This document shows positions 19,996-29,493 of a DNA stretch of 64,000 nucleotides, in pieces. The DNA lies in contig CAVQMM010000001.1 in NCBI GenBank assembly GCA_963713615.1, positions 3,776,001 through 3,840,000 on the forward strand. The letters are read 5' to 3'. The notes below the pieces were generated by a model that had not been told where the DNA came from, ran no database searches, and saw nothing but the letters and a program-made list of their open reading frames with translations. Position numbers and translations under genes: made by a program. The stretch's first letter is position 1; the number at the start of each line of letters is the position of its first letter. The DNA is from an uncultured Chlamydiae bacterium. GTDB taxonomy: Bacteria; Chlamydiota; Chlamydiia; Chlamydiales; JAJFMA01.

Positions 19996-20483
19996 TTTCC
20001 TCGTCATTGGGGTGCTAGCAATCACTGTGCCAAAAGTATTCATAAAGAACAACAGGCTCACTACCGAGTGCGGCATAACTCGTAAACTCCCGCTAGGGAA
20101 CATGCCTAGGTTGATGCGCGCGTATGGAACCTAGGCTGTCGGAAGGAAGGGGAATGTTTAGGTAATGGCAAAAAACGGTTTGTAGATGGGTCTTTAAGGT
20201 TAAAAAATAAAATAGGTAGATCTAAAAAAACAGCAAGAAAAATATTTTTATAAATTTAAAAAATATTTGTAGTTTTTTTTAGCATTTCCTGTGCGAGATA
20301 GCGGACCAACATGATTGAGTCGCATAGCTTAGCCACCCATTGATGGTTTTAGTGAACGGCTCGGATATCAAATATAGCTATCCGACGCAGAGGCATGCTG
20401 ATTTTTTTATAGGATCAGTTTTTGTTAATTGGTACCTCAATTTTTTTCTAGGAAAACGGGTATGAAATTATCGATATTTAAGG

Positions 20484-20637
20484 CATGGAATGACTGCGCC
20501 ACATAGGAAATTGCGCCAGCCAACTTTTTGAGTTACTTGGAAGTGCGGTGGCAAGCCACCGCACTTCAGAGCTTCAGAGTGCTGCGCGCGTGTTCGATGG
20601 TGTGTGTAGCACGAGACTTCTGCAAACCGGATGAACC
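20484..20637. repeat. Mosaic of repeats: inverted family-B REP, a gaagtgcggtggc-aa-gccaccgcacttc palindrome and an uninterrupted family-F right half
   Basis: 20484-20533 matches the reverse complement of 7199-7250; 20581-20625 matches 12927-12971 plus 13140 onward without the MITE. Confidence 0.8.
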
Positions 20638-20657
20638 ACAAACCAAACCATTTCAAA

Positions 20658-21725
20658 TCAGCACAGGTTAGCTCGCTGACGGCGGACTCTTGCAAGCAAT
20701 AGACTAAACAGCATGAGTGAGCCGAGGGTTAGCAAGGTCATAGGTTCCGGAACCGCCATAAAATGATGTTGGTCTTGGGAAAATCCTGTAAAGGCTCCCA
20801 CGTTTACCTGACCCGCGCCATAAAGGTTCTGCGCTACTAGATTTCCTTGCAGCAGTCCGGAGCTAAAAGAAACATTGCTATTGGGCGCTAAGAGACTGGT
20901 GTAAGTCCCACCCGAGAGGGAGAGAGTTGCTGGTCCAGTTATGTTAAAGAGCGTATCGTTAAAATTTATCCCGCCACTGAGCTGAAAACTGAGTGCCTTC
21001 ATGATATCGACACCTGGTATAAGACCGCTGATATTAAAGATAACGAAGGCGTTGCTGGGGCCATTTAAAGCAATCCCATAGCTACTATTAATATTAGCCA
21101 GAGACAAGTCAACGACGTTGCGGCCAGCGGTTAGCGTTTTTACCTGAATTTGCCCATATTGATTGGTTGTTGTCGTAGTAGGCGACAGACTGCTCCAAAA
21201 AGTGCTAGCACGTTCAAAGTACTTAGTGATATTTGGCAGGTTTACCGTAGGTGTAAAGGGTTGGTTTTGGTTTAGGCTGCCTGTAATCACAAGGCCTGCC
21301 CCGGCACTTTTTGTGCCAGCCAGGGTGACATTGCCATGAATTGTCCCATTGCTGCCCGATAAGTTCCCCCCGCCGGAAATATTTCCATCGATGGCAGCAC
21401 CATTGAGAAAAATATTTCCGCCTGACTCAATACCCCCATTGCTAACGGTACCATTGCTGAAATTGGCATTTCCACCTGTATATAAAGAATAAGGGTTATT
21501 TGGTGGCACGTTATTAAGATTGAGGCTAAATCCAGACAGATACGCATTGCCTCCAGCCCCAGCAATGCCTTGGAAGTCACTTCCATAGGCAGCAGTGGAC
21601 TTACCGATATCCTGGGTGGTGTAAACGTTTAATTCCCAAGGATTGCTGTTCACATCGGCTGTCAAATAAGAAGATGCAATAAAACTTAGAGAGACTGCAA
21701 ATAAGAATAAAATTTTCATGACCAT
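20658..21725 (-). CDS. Choice-of-anchor A-like protein with a PEP-CTERM sorting signal
   Basis: Signal peptide, Gly/Asn/Ser-rich body, C-terminal VPEPMTLLTLGSLMLFSLLLARVRRQR. Confidence 0.85.
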   Translation of the reverse strand: MVMKILFLFAVSLSFIASSYLTADVNSNPWELNVYTTQDIGKSTAAYGSDFQGIAGAGGNAYLSGFSLNLNNVPPNNPYSLYTGGNANFSNGTVSNGGIESGGNIFLNGAAIDGNISGGGNLSGSNGTIHGNVTLAGTKSAGAGLVITGSLNQNQPFTPTVNLPNITKYFERASTFWSSLSPTTTTTNQYGQIQVKTLTAGRNVVDLSLANINSSYGIALNGPSNAFVIFNISGLIPGVDIMKALSFQLSGGINFNDTLFNITGPATLSLSGGTYTSLLAPNSNVSFSSGLLQGNLVAQNLYGAGQVNVGAFTGFSQDQHHFMAVPEPMTLLTLGSLMLFSLLLARVRRQRANLC

Positions 21726-21971
21726 GCCCTTTTATTAGGTTGCCTTCATTTCAACAAAAATTTCGAGCTAGGTTGGCTGAGGCTCTTGGCTAATCTCCAA
21801 CCGTCGTCAATCACAGGGACCATGTGAATCACAGGGACAGTGTGAGTTAATATGAGAGTTTCATGCCAATAGTTATAAAAATGGTTACCAACGCGGAATC
21901 CCCTGCAAGACAAGTAAAGACTGCTCTGGCAAATCTAAATCCAAAAAACACAAGACAGAGCTGTAGAGAAA

Positions 21972-22014
21972 GAGAAGAAAGGGGGCCATCTAGACGACAT
22001 CTAGATTGCCCCTT
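21972..22014 (-). terminator. Probable intrinsic terminator of the P450 gene
   Basis: Minus-strand hairpin ggggcaatctaga-tgtcg-tctagatggcccc followed by tttcttctcttt, a few bases after the stop codon. Confidence 0.6.
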
Positions 22015-22020
22015 ATTTCA

Positions 22021-23205
22021 CTATGCCAATACACGATGGTAACAGAGGTGACCGATCACTTGAGTCACAATTTCCTTATACGCCCACCAGGCTGGGCATT
22101 GATGAGCTCCATAGCCAAAAAGAATAAGATTTTCCGGCCAAAAGCCCTTCGTGTCCTTATCAAATAGCTTGCGCATGGGACAGAATCGCTCAGGTCGTTC
22201 TCCAACAATGGCTTCATTTCGGGCCAAATCCTGTATGGAAATATAAAGCTGCTTACCTGCTTTTAGTGTCGCAAGTGGTAAATTGGCGTCCTTGCATTCA
22301 TCAACATTAAAGTCACGAGCGACTGTTCGTTTAATGTTCTTAATGACAGGAAACCTACGAAGCGCTTCTAAACAAACACGATCTAATATTTCACATTTGT
22401 GCACGGCATCTTCCAGGGGTAGGTCCCCGGTAGACATGTGCTCTTCGAGCTCTTTGTGAATGAGAGCGCAGAACTTTGGATTGCTAATGCACTCATTGAT
22501 TGTGCGCTTCAGGCCAAGTTTGGCATTTTCAAAGCCATCAATCAAGACCGCCAAATTACTGCATTTCTCAAATGAATTGAACGAGCCTGCCATCATATTC
22601 CAGACGGGAACATCATTCCCAAACGCTTCGTCTAGGGTTTTTGTTAGTTCCTCACTAGAAGGCTTGTACATGAGAGATCTTCGGAGGTCATCAGGAAATT
22701 TATCCTTAGCGAGATTTCCAAAAATGATTAACCAGCTAATCTCATTAACTAATTCCTCCTCAAACTCATCAGAATGAACGGAGGCCTTGTTTTCACCTTG
22801 ATCTTTCAAAAAATTCTTGAGTACTTGCTCGATGATCTTCTGTACATCCTTTCTGCCATTTGCGCCGAATAATTTTTGATAGATGGCTCGATATTTTTTT
22901 GAATCCTCTGGTCCGCAAGTAAAAATTGCCTCATCATAATTTCTACGATGGTCAATTTTAAACAAACTATCGTTTCTGTGGTGTTTTAGAAGTTTCTTTG
23001 TTATGCAAAGTAGCTCGATTCCCGAGAGATCTTGTGCAATGAGTGGATCTCCCGCGGGACGCGAGACAAAACCAGGATTGAAAATAAAAGTTTTAATGGA
23101 TCCTATAGCCAGATCTACCTTTCGCTTCACATAGCTAAATGGAGTAAGTAGATCACTCCACTTAAGATTCATCAAACTTGAAACTGAATTCATAGGACTT
23201 CTCAT
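22021..23205 (-). CDS. Divergent cytochrome P450
   Basis: ExxR (EALRRFP), PERF, heme-ligand motif FGYGAHQCPA. Confidence 0.88.
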   Translation of the reverse strand: MRSPMNSVSSLMNLKWSDLLTPFSYVKRKVDLAIGSIKTFIFNPGFVSRPAGDPLIAQDLSGIELLCITKKLLKHHRNDSLFKIDHRRNYDEAIFTCGPEDSKKYRAIYQKLFGANGRKDVQKIIEQVLKNFLKDQGENKASVHSDEFEEELVNEISWLIIFGNLAKDKFPDDLRRSLMYKPSSEELTKTLDEAFGNDVPVWNMMAGSFNSFEKCSNLAVLIDGFENAKLGLKRTINECISNPKFCALIHKELEEHMSTGDLPLEDAVHKCEILDRVCLEALRRFPVIKNIKRTVARDFNVDECKDANLPLATLKAGKQLYISIQDLARNEAIVGERPERFCPMRKLFDKDTKGFWPENLILFGYGAHQCPAWWAYKEIVTQVIGHLCYHRVLA

Positions 23206-23397
23206 ATTATAATGTGAATTTAATGATAGTCATCGTAAAGATTAATGCATTTTTACATTAAACTCAAATTGATCAAGAGTGTTCCGGTAAAAAGGGTATT
23301 TATACGGTTCATCCGGTTAAATTGGGGGGTTGGCAGCAGCTGCCAAAAATCTATATATTTCTTGACAACTCTATGCAAATTGCATAGATTTTAGCGC

Positions 23398-24018
23398 ATG
23401 AAGGTGAGTATCAAGAAAGCAGCTCAGGAACTTGGCGTACACGAGGCTACACTCCGTCGTTGGGAGGCTGCTGGCAAAATCCAGGTTGAGCGTACACCCA
23501 AGGGACACCGACGTTATCTATTGTCTAGCCTAAAAGGATTTAGTCCTAAAGCCACCTCCTCTAAGGTTTCTAACGGTTTGACGCTCTGTTACGCGCGGGT
23601 TTCGAGTCATGATCAAAAAAAAGACCTCGTTTGTCAAAAAGCGGTGTTAGAGTCTTTTTGTGCAGCTCATGGATGGACCCATGAAGTCATTGAGGATCTC
23701 GGCTCGGGATTGAATTATCAAAAGAAGGGTTTAAAAAAGCTCATTAAAGCGATATGCTCTGGCATCGTTGGCCGTTTAGTGATCACACACAAAGATCGCC
23801 TGATGCGGTTTGGGGCCGAACTGATCTTTTCTCTTTGTGAGAGCTTTGGTACGGAGATTGTAATCATCAATGCTAAAGAAGACACGACTTTCGAGGATGA
23901 TCTCGTCCAGGACGTGCTAGAAATCATCACCCTGTTTTCGGCAAGACTTTACGGCGCAAGAAGCCGTAAAAATCAGAAGCTGCTTAAGGCACTTAGTAAG
24001 GCTGCTAATGCCGTCTAA
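23398..24018 (+). CDS. tnpA: IS607 transposase (MerR-type HTH plus serine recombinase)
   Basis: TLRRWE..GKI...RT..GHRRY, YARVSS.DQK.DL, DLGSGLNY, THKDRL.RFG.EL. Confidence 0.95.
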   Translation: MKVSIKKAAQELGVHEATLRRWEAAGKIQVERTPKGHRRYLLSSLKGFSPKATSSKVSNGLTLCYARVSSHDQKKDLVCQKAVLESFCAAHGWTHEVIEDLGSGLNYQKKGLKKLIKAICSGIVGRLVITHKDRLMRFGAELIFSLCESFGTEIVIINAKEDTTFEDDLVQDVLEIITLFSARLYGARSRKNQKLLKALSKAANAV

Positions 24019-25651
24019 AGATGACTCTAAAACGTTTACATACCAAATGCGGCTTAATCTGGATAAGTCTTCTGCAAGCATTTTGGATGCTTGCGCGCAA
24101 CTGTTTTCCAAGCTTGAACGTAAATTGTTTGCAGATGTCTGCAAAGGGAAGACTCCTGGTGAGCTTAAAGCAAGATACATTCGGGAATATGAAATTACCG
24201 CCCGTCATTTCAATGCTCTTCGTGTTCAGATCGAGGGGAAAGTGAGATCGATACGAGAGAGACGGCCGGGGCTGATTGCTGAAATCCGGGATAAAATAGC
24301 GTCGGCTCAGAAGGTCATTGCACGTTTGGAAGAGAGAAAACTTAATTCCGAGAAGCTCCATCAAAAGAAGCGACGCTTGGGGAATCTGAAACGTGGTCTT
24401 GAGAAACTCCAAGCGGATCAAGCGACGGGAAAAGTGTCCCTATGCTTCGGATCGAAGCGTCTATTTCGAGCTCAGTTCGCCTTGCATGAAAATGGCTATC
24501 AAAGTCACGAGGAATGGCTTGCAGAGTGGCGCCAGTCGCGGAGCAACAGCTTTTTTCTTCTCGGATCCAAAGACGAATCCAGTGGAAACCAATCCTGTAC
24601 GGCTACGCTCACAGAAGAGGGCAGTCTAAGGTTACGACTCCGCCTTCCATCCGCGCTGGCAGGGCAAGAAAAGTACTTATGGCTTCCCCCGATTCGTTTT
24701 AAATACGGCCATGACAACATTGTGGAGGCTTTAAGATCCTGCGAGGAAAGAAAGCGACTACAGGCATCAAAAAGTCCTGAAGCGAGCCATTGTGGAGTGG
24801 CTCTCAGCTATCGATTCGTACGCGACGAAAAAGGATGGCGCGTGTTTATCAGCATGCCCGTTCAGAAACCCCAGACAGTCACTTCACAGCATCAGGGAGT
24901 CATCGGCGTCGACATCAATGCGAATCATCTAGCCATCACAGAAACAGATCGCTTTGGCAACCCTATCGCCAAGAAGTCGCTTCCACTAAACACCTATGGA
25001 AAAAGTCGAAACCAAATCCAAGCTATCGTTGGCGATGCCTGTGCTAACCTTGTGGAAGCTGCGAGAAGTACCGGCAAGCCCCTAGTTATCGAACAACTCG
25101 ACTTTCAAAAAAAGAAAGCAGAGCTAAAAGACCACGCAAGTCCCAAACTGGCACGAATGCTCTCAGGCCTAGCCTATAGTACCATCATAAGCGGCCTGAA
25201 CTCACGAGCTTGGAGATTGGGCGTAGAGGTCATGGAAGTGAATCCAGCCTATACTTCAATCATAGGACGCGTCAAATTTGCAAAAAGATATGGATTGTCA
25301 GTCCATCATGCGGCCGCACTGGTCATAGGCCGCCGATCCCTTAGAGCCTCCGAAAGAGTTCCTCGCGATCTGGACTCAATACCAGATGGCAAAGGAAGCC
25401 ATGTCGCTTTGTCCCTACCCGAGAGGAATCGGGATAAACACGTATGGCATACCTGGGGAATCGTCAATAGAAGGTTTAAAACCGTGCATGCAGCACACTT
25501 CCGGGCGAAAAAAAATCGATCCTCATGCTCTAAGCCAGCATGCGTGATAGAGCCCATCCCGGATGTTGCCGGTGAGATTCCGGCTGGTGAATCCGTCAAC
25601 ACAACTGCTCGGTTGGCGTCCTTAACTAGGCCTACAACGATAAATGTGTAG
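24008..25651 (+). CDS. tnpB: TnpB-like RNA-guided nuclease (long variant without Zn ribbon)
   Basis: RuvC-I IGVDIN, RuvC-II LVIEQLDF, VNPAYTS, RuvC-III position SVHHAAALVIGRR; overlaps the tnpA stop. Confidence 0.9.
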   Translation: MPSKDDSKTFTYQMRLNLDKSSASILDACAQLFSKLERKLFADVCKGKTPGELKARYIREYEITARHFNALRVQIEGKVRSIRERRPGLIAEIRDKIASAQKVIARLEERKLNSEKLHQKKRRLGNLKRGLEKLQADQATGKVSLCFGSKRLFRAQFALHENGYQSHEEWLAEWRQSRSNSFFLLGSKDESSGNQSCTATLTEEGSLRLRLRLPSALAGQEKYLWLPPIRFKYGHDNIVEALRSCEERKRLQASKSPEASHCGVALSYRFVRDEKGWRVFISMPVQKPQTVTSQHQGVIGVDINANHLAITETDRFGNPIAKKSLPLNTYGKSRNQIQAIVGDACANLVEAARSTGKPLVIEQLDFQKKKAELKDHASPKLARMLSGLAYSTIISGLNSRAWRLGVEVMEVNPAYTSIIGRVKFAKRYGLSVHHAAALVIGRRSLRASERVPRDLDSIPDGKGSHVALSLPERNRDKHVWHTWGIVNRRFKTVHAAHFRAKKNRSSCSKPACVIEPIPDVAGEIPAGESVNTTARLASLTRPTTINV

Positions 25652-25695
25652 ATTTGTTAAGGTTTTTAGGAGCGGCTGTCGTGCACTACTCCATA
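25480..25695 (+). ncRNA. Putative omegaRNA (scaffold up to 25675 plus a guide from the flank); 5' boundary approximate
   Basis: Position expected for TnpB systems; hairpin gccgg-tgagatt-ccggc near 25568-25584; inferred only. Confidence 0.5.
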
Positions 25696-25947
25696 CATGG
25701 CTTTTTTTTGGAACCGAATCAAGTTCTCTCCCATACGCATAAAATAGCTCATCTTCCTGCCATTTTAGTACATGGTGAGCAGGATGCTATCTGTCCCCCT
25801 GAACATGCCAGTTTGCTGCGTGTAGGCTGGTCGAATAGCCAGTTATGGATGGTCGAGGGAGCTGGACATTCCTGTATGGAGCCGGCAATCGTTGAGGCAC
25901 TAGCGAAGGCCAGCAGAGCTCTTTTCAATCAACTCAGCGGCTCCTAA
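25676..25947 (+). pseudogene. pip: 3' fragment of proline iminopeptidase
   Basis: HY....FFLEPNQVL...KIAHLPAILVHGEQDAICP...L.MVEGAGHS..EP resembles the Pip C-terminus; cut at the IS607 right end. Confidence 0.8.
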
Positions 25948-25965
25948 ACAAAAGTCAGTCCGGCT

Positions 25966-26184
25966 TTATACCAGTTCTTGAAGAAAGGCTGTTACAACCT
26001 CTGCGAATCCTATTGGATTATCAACATGAACAACACGCCATTCGGGAGACAATGTAGCAGCAAGAGGGGCGAATGTGATCCCTTCCATCCAGTGTGCGTG
26101 CAGAGCAATAAGCATTGGGCCATCGCCACCTGCATCGAGATAGGAAAATGTTAATTTATTGTGCTGAAATGTGTGTTTTTGCAC
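25966..26184 (-). pseudogene. Alpha/beta hydrolase with a large in-frame internal deletion
   Basis: N-terminus (SYLDAGGDGP.LIALHAHW...WRVV) is fused directly to the C-terminal HVDNPIGFAEVVTAFL; no nucleophile region. Confidence 0.75.
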
Positions 26185-26200
26185 CTGAAAAAAAATCTCC

Positions 26201-26833
26201 TTATTGGTCGTCTCTGAGCAGGCTTTTTATCAATAGTTGAGCCAGCCATTTTTCGTATTCGTCTGATGTCCAGCCCCGCTCGACAACGCACATTCGGTAG
26301 ATGTCCCGTCCCGTAAAAGCCCAAAGAATATCTCGTGCCTGGGATAAACTGAGGTCTTTGAGCAGTGCTTTGTCCTTCATCAGTGTGTTGACGAACTCTT
26401 CTTGACGAAGATAGCGGCCCTGTTCCCTTTCTTGTTGGAGCTCTTTAAATTCAGGTGCTAAAACAGAGGCTCCCTGAAAAAGATCAATTTGCGCCTTCTC
26501 GGAATCATATAATTGCCGTGAAAGTTTGGCCGTGATCATGAGCCGTTTTTTTGCTGATTTTTCCTGCTTGCCTGCCTCTACCAAAGCACTATGCTGTTCG
26601 GTCGGAAAGACCTTATCCATCAGAGCAAAGAGAACACCGCGTTTGGATTGGAACAGGGAGTAAACTGTGGGTATTGACACTTCAGCTGCTTGAGCCAATT
26701 TTTCAATCGTGACACACTCAAAACCTTCGGAATGAAAGAGCTGTCTAGCAGAGTCAAGAATACGGTTCCTGGTTTGCGCCGCCTGAGCATTTCTATTTTC
26801 GGAATTGTAGGTTCTTTTTTTTGACGTTGGCAT
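26201..26833 (-). CDS. TetR/AcrR-family transcriptional regulator
   Basis: TR.RILDSARQLF...GF...TIEKLAQAAEVSIPTVYSLFQSK HTH. Confidence 0.93.
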   Translation of the reverse strand: MPTSKKRTYNSENRNAQAAQTRNRILDSARQLFHSEGFECVTIEKLAQAAEVSIPTVYSLFQSKRGVLFALMDKVFPTEQHSALVEAGKQEKSAKKRLMITAKLSRQLYDSEKAQIDLFQGASVLAPEFKELQQEREQGRYLRQEEFVNTLMKDKALLKDLSLSQARDILWAFTGRDIYRMCVVERGWTSDEYEKWLAQLLIKSLLRDDQ

Positions 26834-26854
26834 GACATTTCCTATAGCTATATG

Positions 26855-26901
26855 TATTCAATATAGTTTACTATAAACGATATTTTCTGTCAAAAAAATG
26901 A
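26855..26901 (-). promoter_or_regulatory. Sigma70-type promoter of tetR with an overlapping candidate operator
   Basis: Minus strand TTGACA-17 nt-TAAACT; near-palindrome TATAGTTTACTATA; same motif recurs at 46778-46824. Confidence 0.65.
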
Positions 26902-27141
26902 AAAGAAAGTACACCATATCCGAGCGAGGTTTGCGTCAAGGTTTCCTTGTCCATAAGGAAAGAATGCCAGCTTTCTGTCCTTCTATAAGATGATAGAACA
27001 TGGTAAAACTCTCCTTATATGGAGGGAAACAGAATGGAGAAGTTTTGGTTCTTGGGAAGAATTGGGGCGCTTTGGAAAGGGAAACTCTGCGTAAAACTGA
27101 TAAAAGTACGTTGCGCGACTATCGATTTTCGTCAAAATGAT

Positions 27142-28395
27142 TCATCGCGGGACTGGTGGAAGTGCTATTTCATCGCTCATTCCAAACATTAAAGAATAAA
27201 TCACGGATAGATAATCGCGTAGGTGACGGGTAAGCAGAAAGTTTTTGCGAATGTACTCTCTCCCCCTAGCTCCCACTTCCTCTGCTATGCGACGGTGTTG
27301 CAGGAGATAGCGAATGCGATAGGCAGCCCCTTCCGGGGTATTCACAATGAAGCCCGTTTCCCTATCGATTACCTGCAACCTGATCCCTCCCACATTGCCA
27401 CCAATCAGTGGCTTACCCTTCCACAAGCCTTCGGTAACGGTCAAACCAAAACCTTCTTTGATGGATTTTTGAATAATAATATCAGCACTGCGCTGGAGAG
27501 CATTAATCATACGGTGTGAATCCGGTGGAAGAAGCAGAATGTGTATGTCGTGGTCATCACCAGCGGCCCGCTTGACTTCGTTCAAAACGACCTCTCCCTC
27601 AGGGTCATCCTGCGCTCCACTTCCTACTAACGCCAACTGAATTCCAGGATTGAACTTTCTGGCTAATCGATAGGCTTCGATGACACCTATCGGGTCCTTG
27701 AAATGATCGAATCGAGACACCTGTAGTATGAGTGGACGCTGCGGATCAATGCCAAAGAGTGGGCGAATCTGATCAATTTCTGCTTGCTCTAGCTCCATAT
27801 TCTTTTCACTAAGTGGATCAATGCTTGGAGGAATTAAGAACATGGGATGCGGTAGAGGATGAGTGAAATCGACTAGAGAGAATATTGAGGCATCATAGTG
27901 CTTAGCGAATCCGCTGATATACTTCCATACAGGCCAAAAAGGTCTACTGGCGTCGATATGGCAGCGCCATATCCATTTTGCTTTACGTTCGGGATAATGA
28001 GCAATCATAGCCAAAGGTTGTGGATCGTGAATGATCACTACGTCTGAGGAATCGAGAACGGGACGCAGGAGCTCTGCATTAGACTGATTGATCGATTCAT
28101 AAACCTGCAGCTGAGAGCTAGCAATCGATGTTCGGTTACCCTGAAGCGAGTTGTGAAAGTCCTTGGTGCACTGGTAGAATTCTGTCGAGCCACGGATGAT
28201 TTTCCAATGGGTTTTGATTTTAAGAGCCTCTGTCAACGGAACCATATTGGTCAGTATCTCGGCGACCCCACCTCCCAGCGGTGTGGCACTCACATGTGTG
28301 ATGGTAATATCCTTTAGTGGTGCTGCCAACTGGCAGAGCTGATCGACACTTTTATGCCCCGACACCTCTGCATATCTATCCAATAAAGAGTTCAT
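27142..28395 (-). CDS. treT: Trehalose synthase TreT-like GT4 glycosyltransferase
   Basis: GGGVAEIL, FHN.LQG, IHDPQP, WIWRCHID, QVSRFD.FKDP.GVI, QKS.KEGFGLTVTEGLWK. Confidence 0.88.
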   Translation of the reverse strand: MNSLLDRYAEVSGHKSVDQLCQLAAPLKDITITHVSATPLGGGVAEILTNMVPLTEALKIKTHWKIIRGSTEFYQCTKDFHNSLQGNRTSIASSQLQVYESINQSNAELLRPVLDSSDVVIIHDPQPLAMIAHYPERKAKWIWRCHIDASRPFWPVWKYISGFAKHYDASIFSLVDFTHPLPHPMFLIPPSIDPLSEKNMELEQAEIDQIRPLFGIDPQRPLILQVSRFDHFKDPIGVIEAYRLARKFNPGIQLALVGSGAQDDPEGEVVLNEVKRAAGDDHDIHILLLPPDSHRMINALQRSADIIIQKSIKEGFGLTVTEGLWKGKPLIGGNVGGIRLQVIDRETGFIVNTPEGAAYRIRYLLQHRRIAEEVGARGREYIRKNFLLTRHLRDYLSVIYSLMFGMSDEIALPPVPR

Positions 28396-29066
28396 GTTCC
28401 GACTTCCTTTTGGTAGAATTTCACAAAAGTATCCGTCAAGCGCTCTTGAAGGGTTGGCAAAGTAATAAAATAGGGATCAATCTTCCGCAACGCATCAATC
28501 AAAGGTTGATAGCGACCTTCAAATAACCCTAACCATGTACTGAAGTCATCGCCTCGACTTGGCAGGCGTCGTGCAGCGTCTATAACGTGATAGTAGATAC
28601 TGCTCAGTGGCAGCTGTGGAAGCAACTGGATGAAGTCACGGGGATCCGTAACACTATAGGGAGTCCAAAAGACGATGATTTTGGAGCGGATGAAGTAGAA
28701 CCGATTTTCCTTAGTTACTCCCGGAATGATATCCAGCTCTTCAACACGGTTGCTGATCAACTCGATGAGGTCATTGCGCATTATGGTGGTGTCTTCATAG
28801 TCCGTAGGATTGATCAGATCCAAGCGCTCAGCCAAGATGTCATCGTGAAGGTGGCGATGAACCCAGTTGGCGAAATCGTTATGATATTCACGTGCTTGGT
28901 AAACCGTGGTCAATTTGCCTTCCCAAAAATGGTGATGGATACACCCCGGTGGAGCCGCTGCAATACGCTCGCCAAGTTCCGTCAGCGTTTGCGCCTTGGA
29001 TCCAGTGGCGATGGTTGCTAGGGTGCAGTCTTTCACAAAAAATGGTGCTGGTTGCTCATCCGACAT
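28392..29066 (-). CDS. DUF5752-like protein, usual treT partner
   Basis: Duplicated module ..HHHF/YYH...NDF..W; stop overlaps the treT start (ATGA). Confidence 0.75.
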   Translation of the reverse strand: MSDEQPAPFFVKDCTLATIATGSKAQTLTELGERIAAAPPGCIHHHFWEGKLTTVYQAREYHNDFANWVHRHLHDDILAERLDLINPTDYEDTTIMRNDLIELISNRVEELDIIPGVTKENRFYFIRSKIIVFWTPYSVTDPRDFIQLLPQLPLSSIYYHVIDAARRLPSRGDDFSTWLGLFEGRYQPLIDALRKIDPYFITLPTLQERLTDTFVKFYQKEVGT

Positions 29067-29493
29067 TCATACCTCACCTAAAGAAGATCTCATCTAACGA
29101 GGTAACTCCCAGGGAATATAATGTCAAATATAGGGTCGAAAACTCAAAATCGGCGCAGCGCTTATTTCATGGCCTTAATTTTTTACGCAGAGGCGCAAAG
29201 AAGAATTCTCTCTCTCCCATCTGTGTCTCGGCGCCTCGGCGGTGAAAATCCTAAAAAGCCCCAATTCTTCCCAGGAGCCAAAATTTAGTCCATGCCATAA
29301 GTTCTCAGGCAGAATTCAATAACATTCAAAAACTCTCCATCTTTTGTGAAAAATTAAACAATCCCTATTTGTTTTATGTATACATCTAATAAAAGATACA
29401 TATTAAATTAAAATATTTATTATAATTATATATAACATAGTGTGAATAACTGTGTATTGCATAGTAAATGCATAGTTAAGTATTGGAGGTCAT

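Larger units (their letters stand above)
23332..25675 (+). mobile_element. IS607-family element
   Basis: tnpA (serine recombinase) plus tnpB; left end inferred at GG|CAGCAG (23332), right end at ...GGTTTTTAGGAGCGG (25675); no TIR or TSD, as expected for IS607. Confidence 0.85.

Noticed and set aside
20000..20400. Possible structured ncRNA (gcctaggtt...aacctaggc hairpin and a GC-richer patch near 20290-20400)
   Set aside because: No recognisable family consensus by eye; an Rfam/Infernal scan would be needed.
20625..23318. 13-bp inverted repeat aaccggatgaacc / ggttcatccggtt bracketing the PEP-CTERM and P450 genes as a composite transposon
   Set aside because: Too short, no TSD or transposase, and a variant also occurs near 15605; more likely ends of separate small repeats.
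23332..23397. Group I intron (IStron) associated with IS607
   Set aside because: Only ~65 bp separate the inferred left end from tnpA, leaving no room for an intron core.
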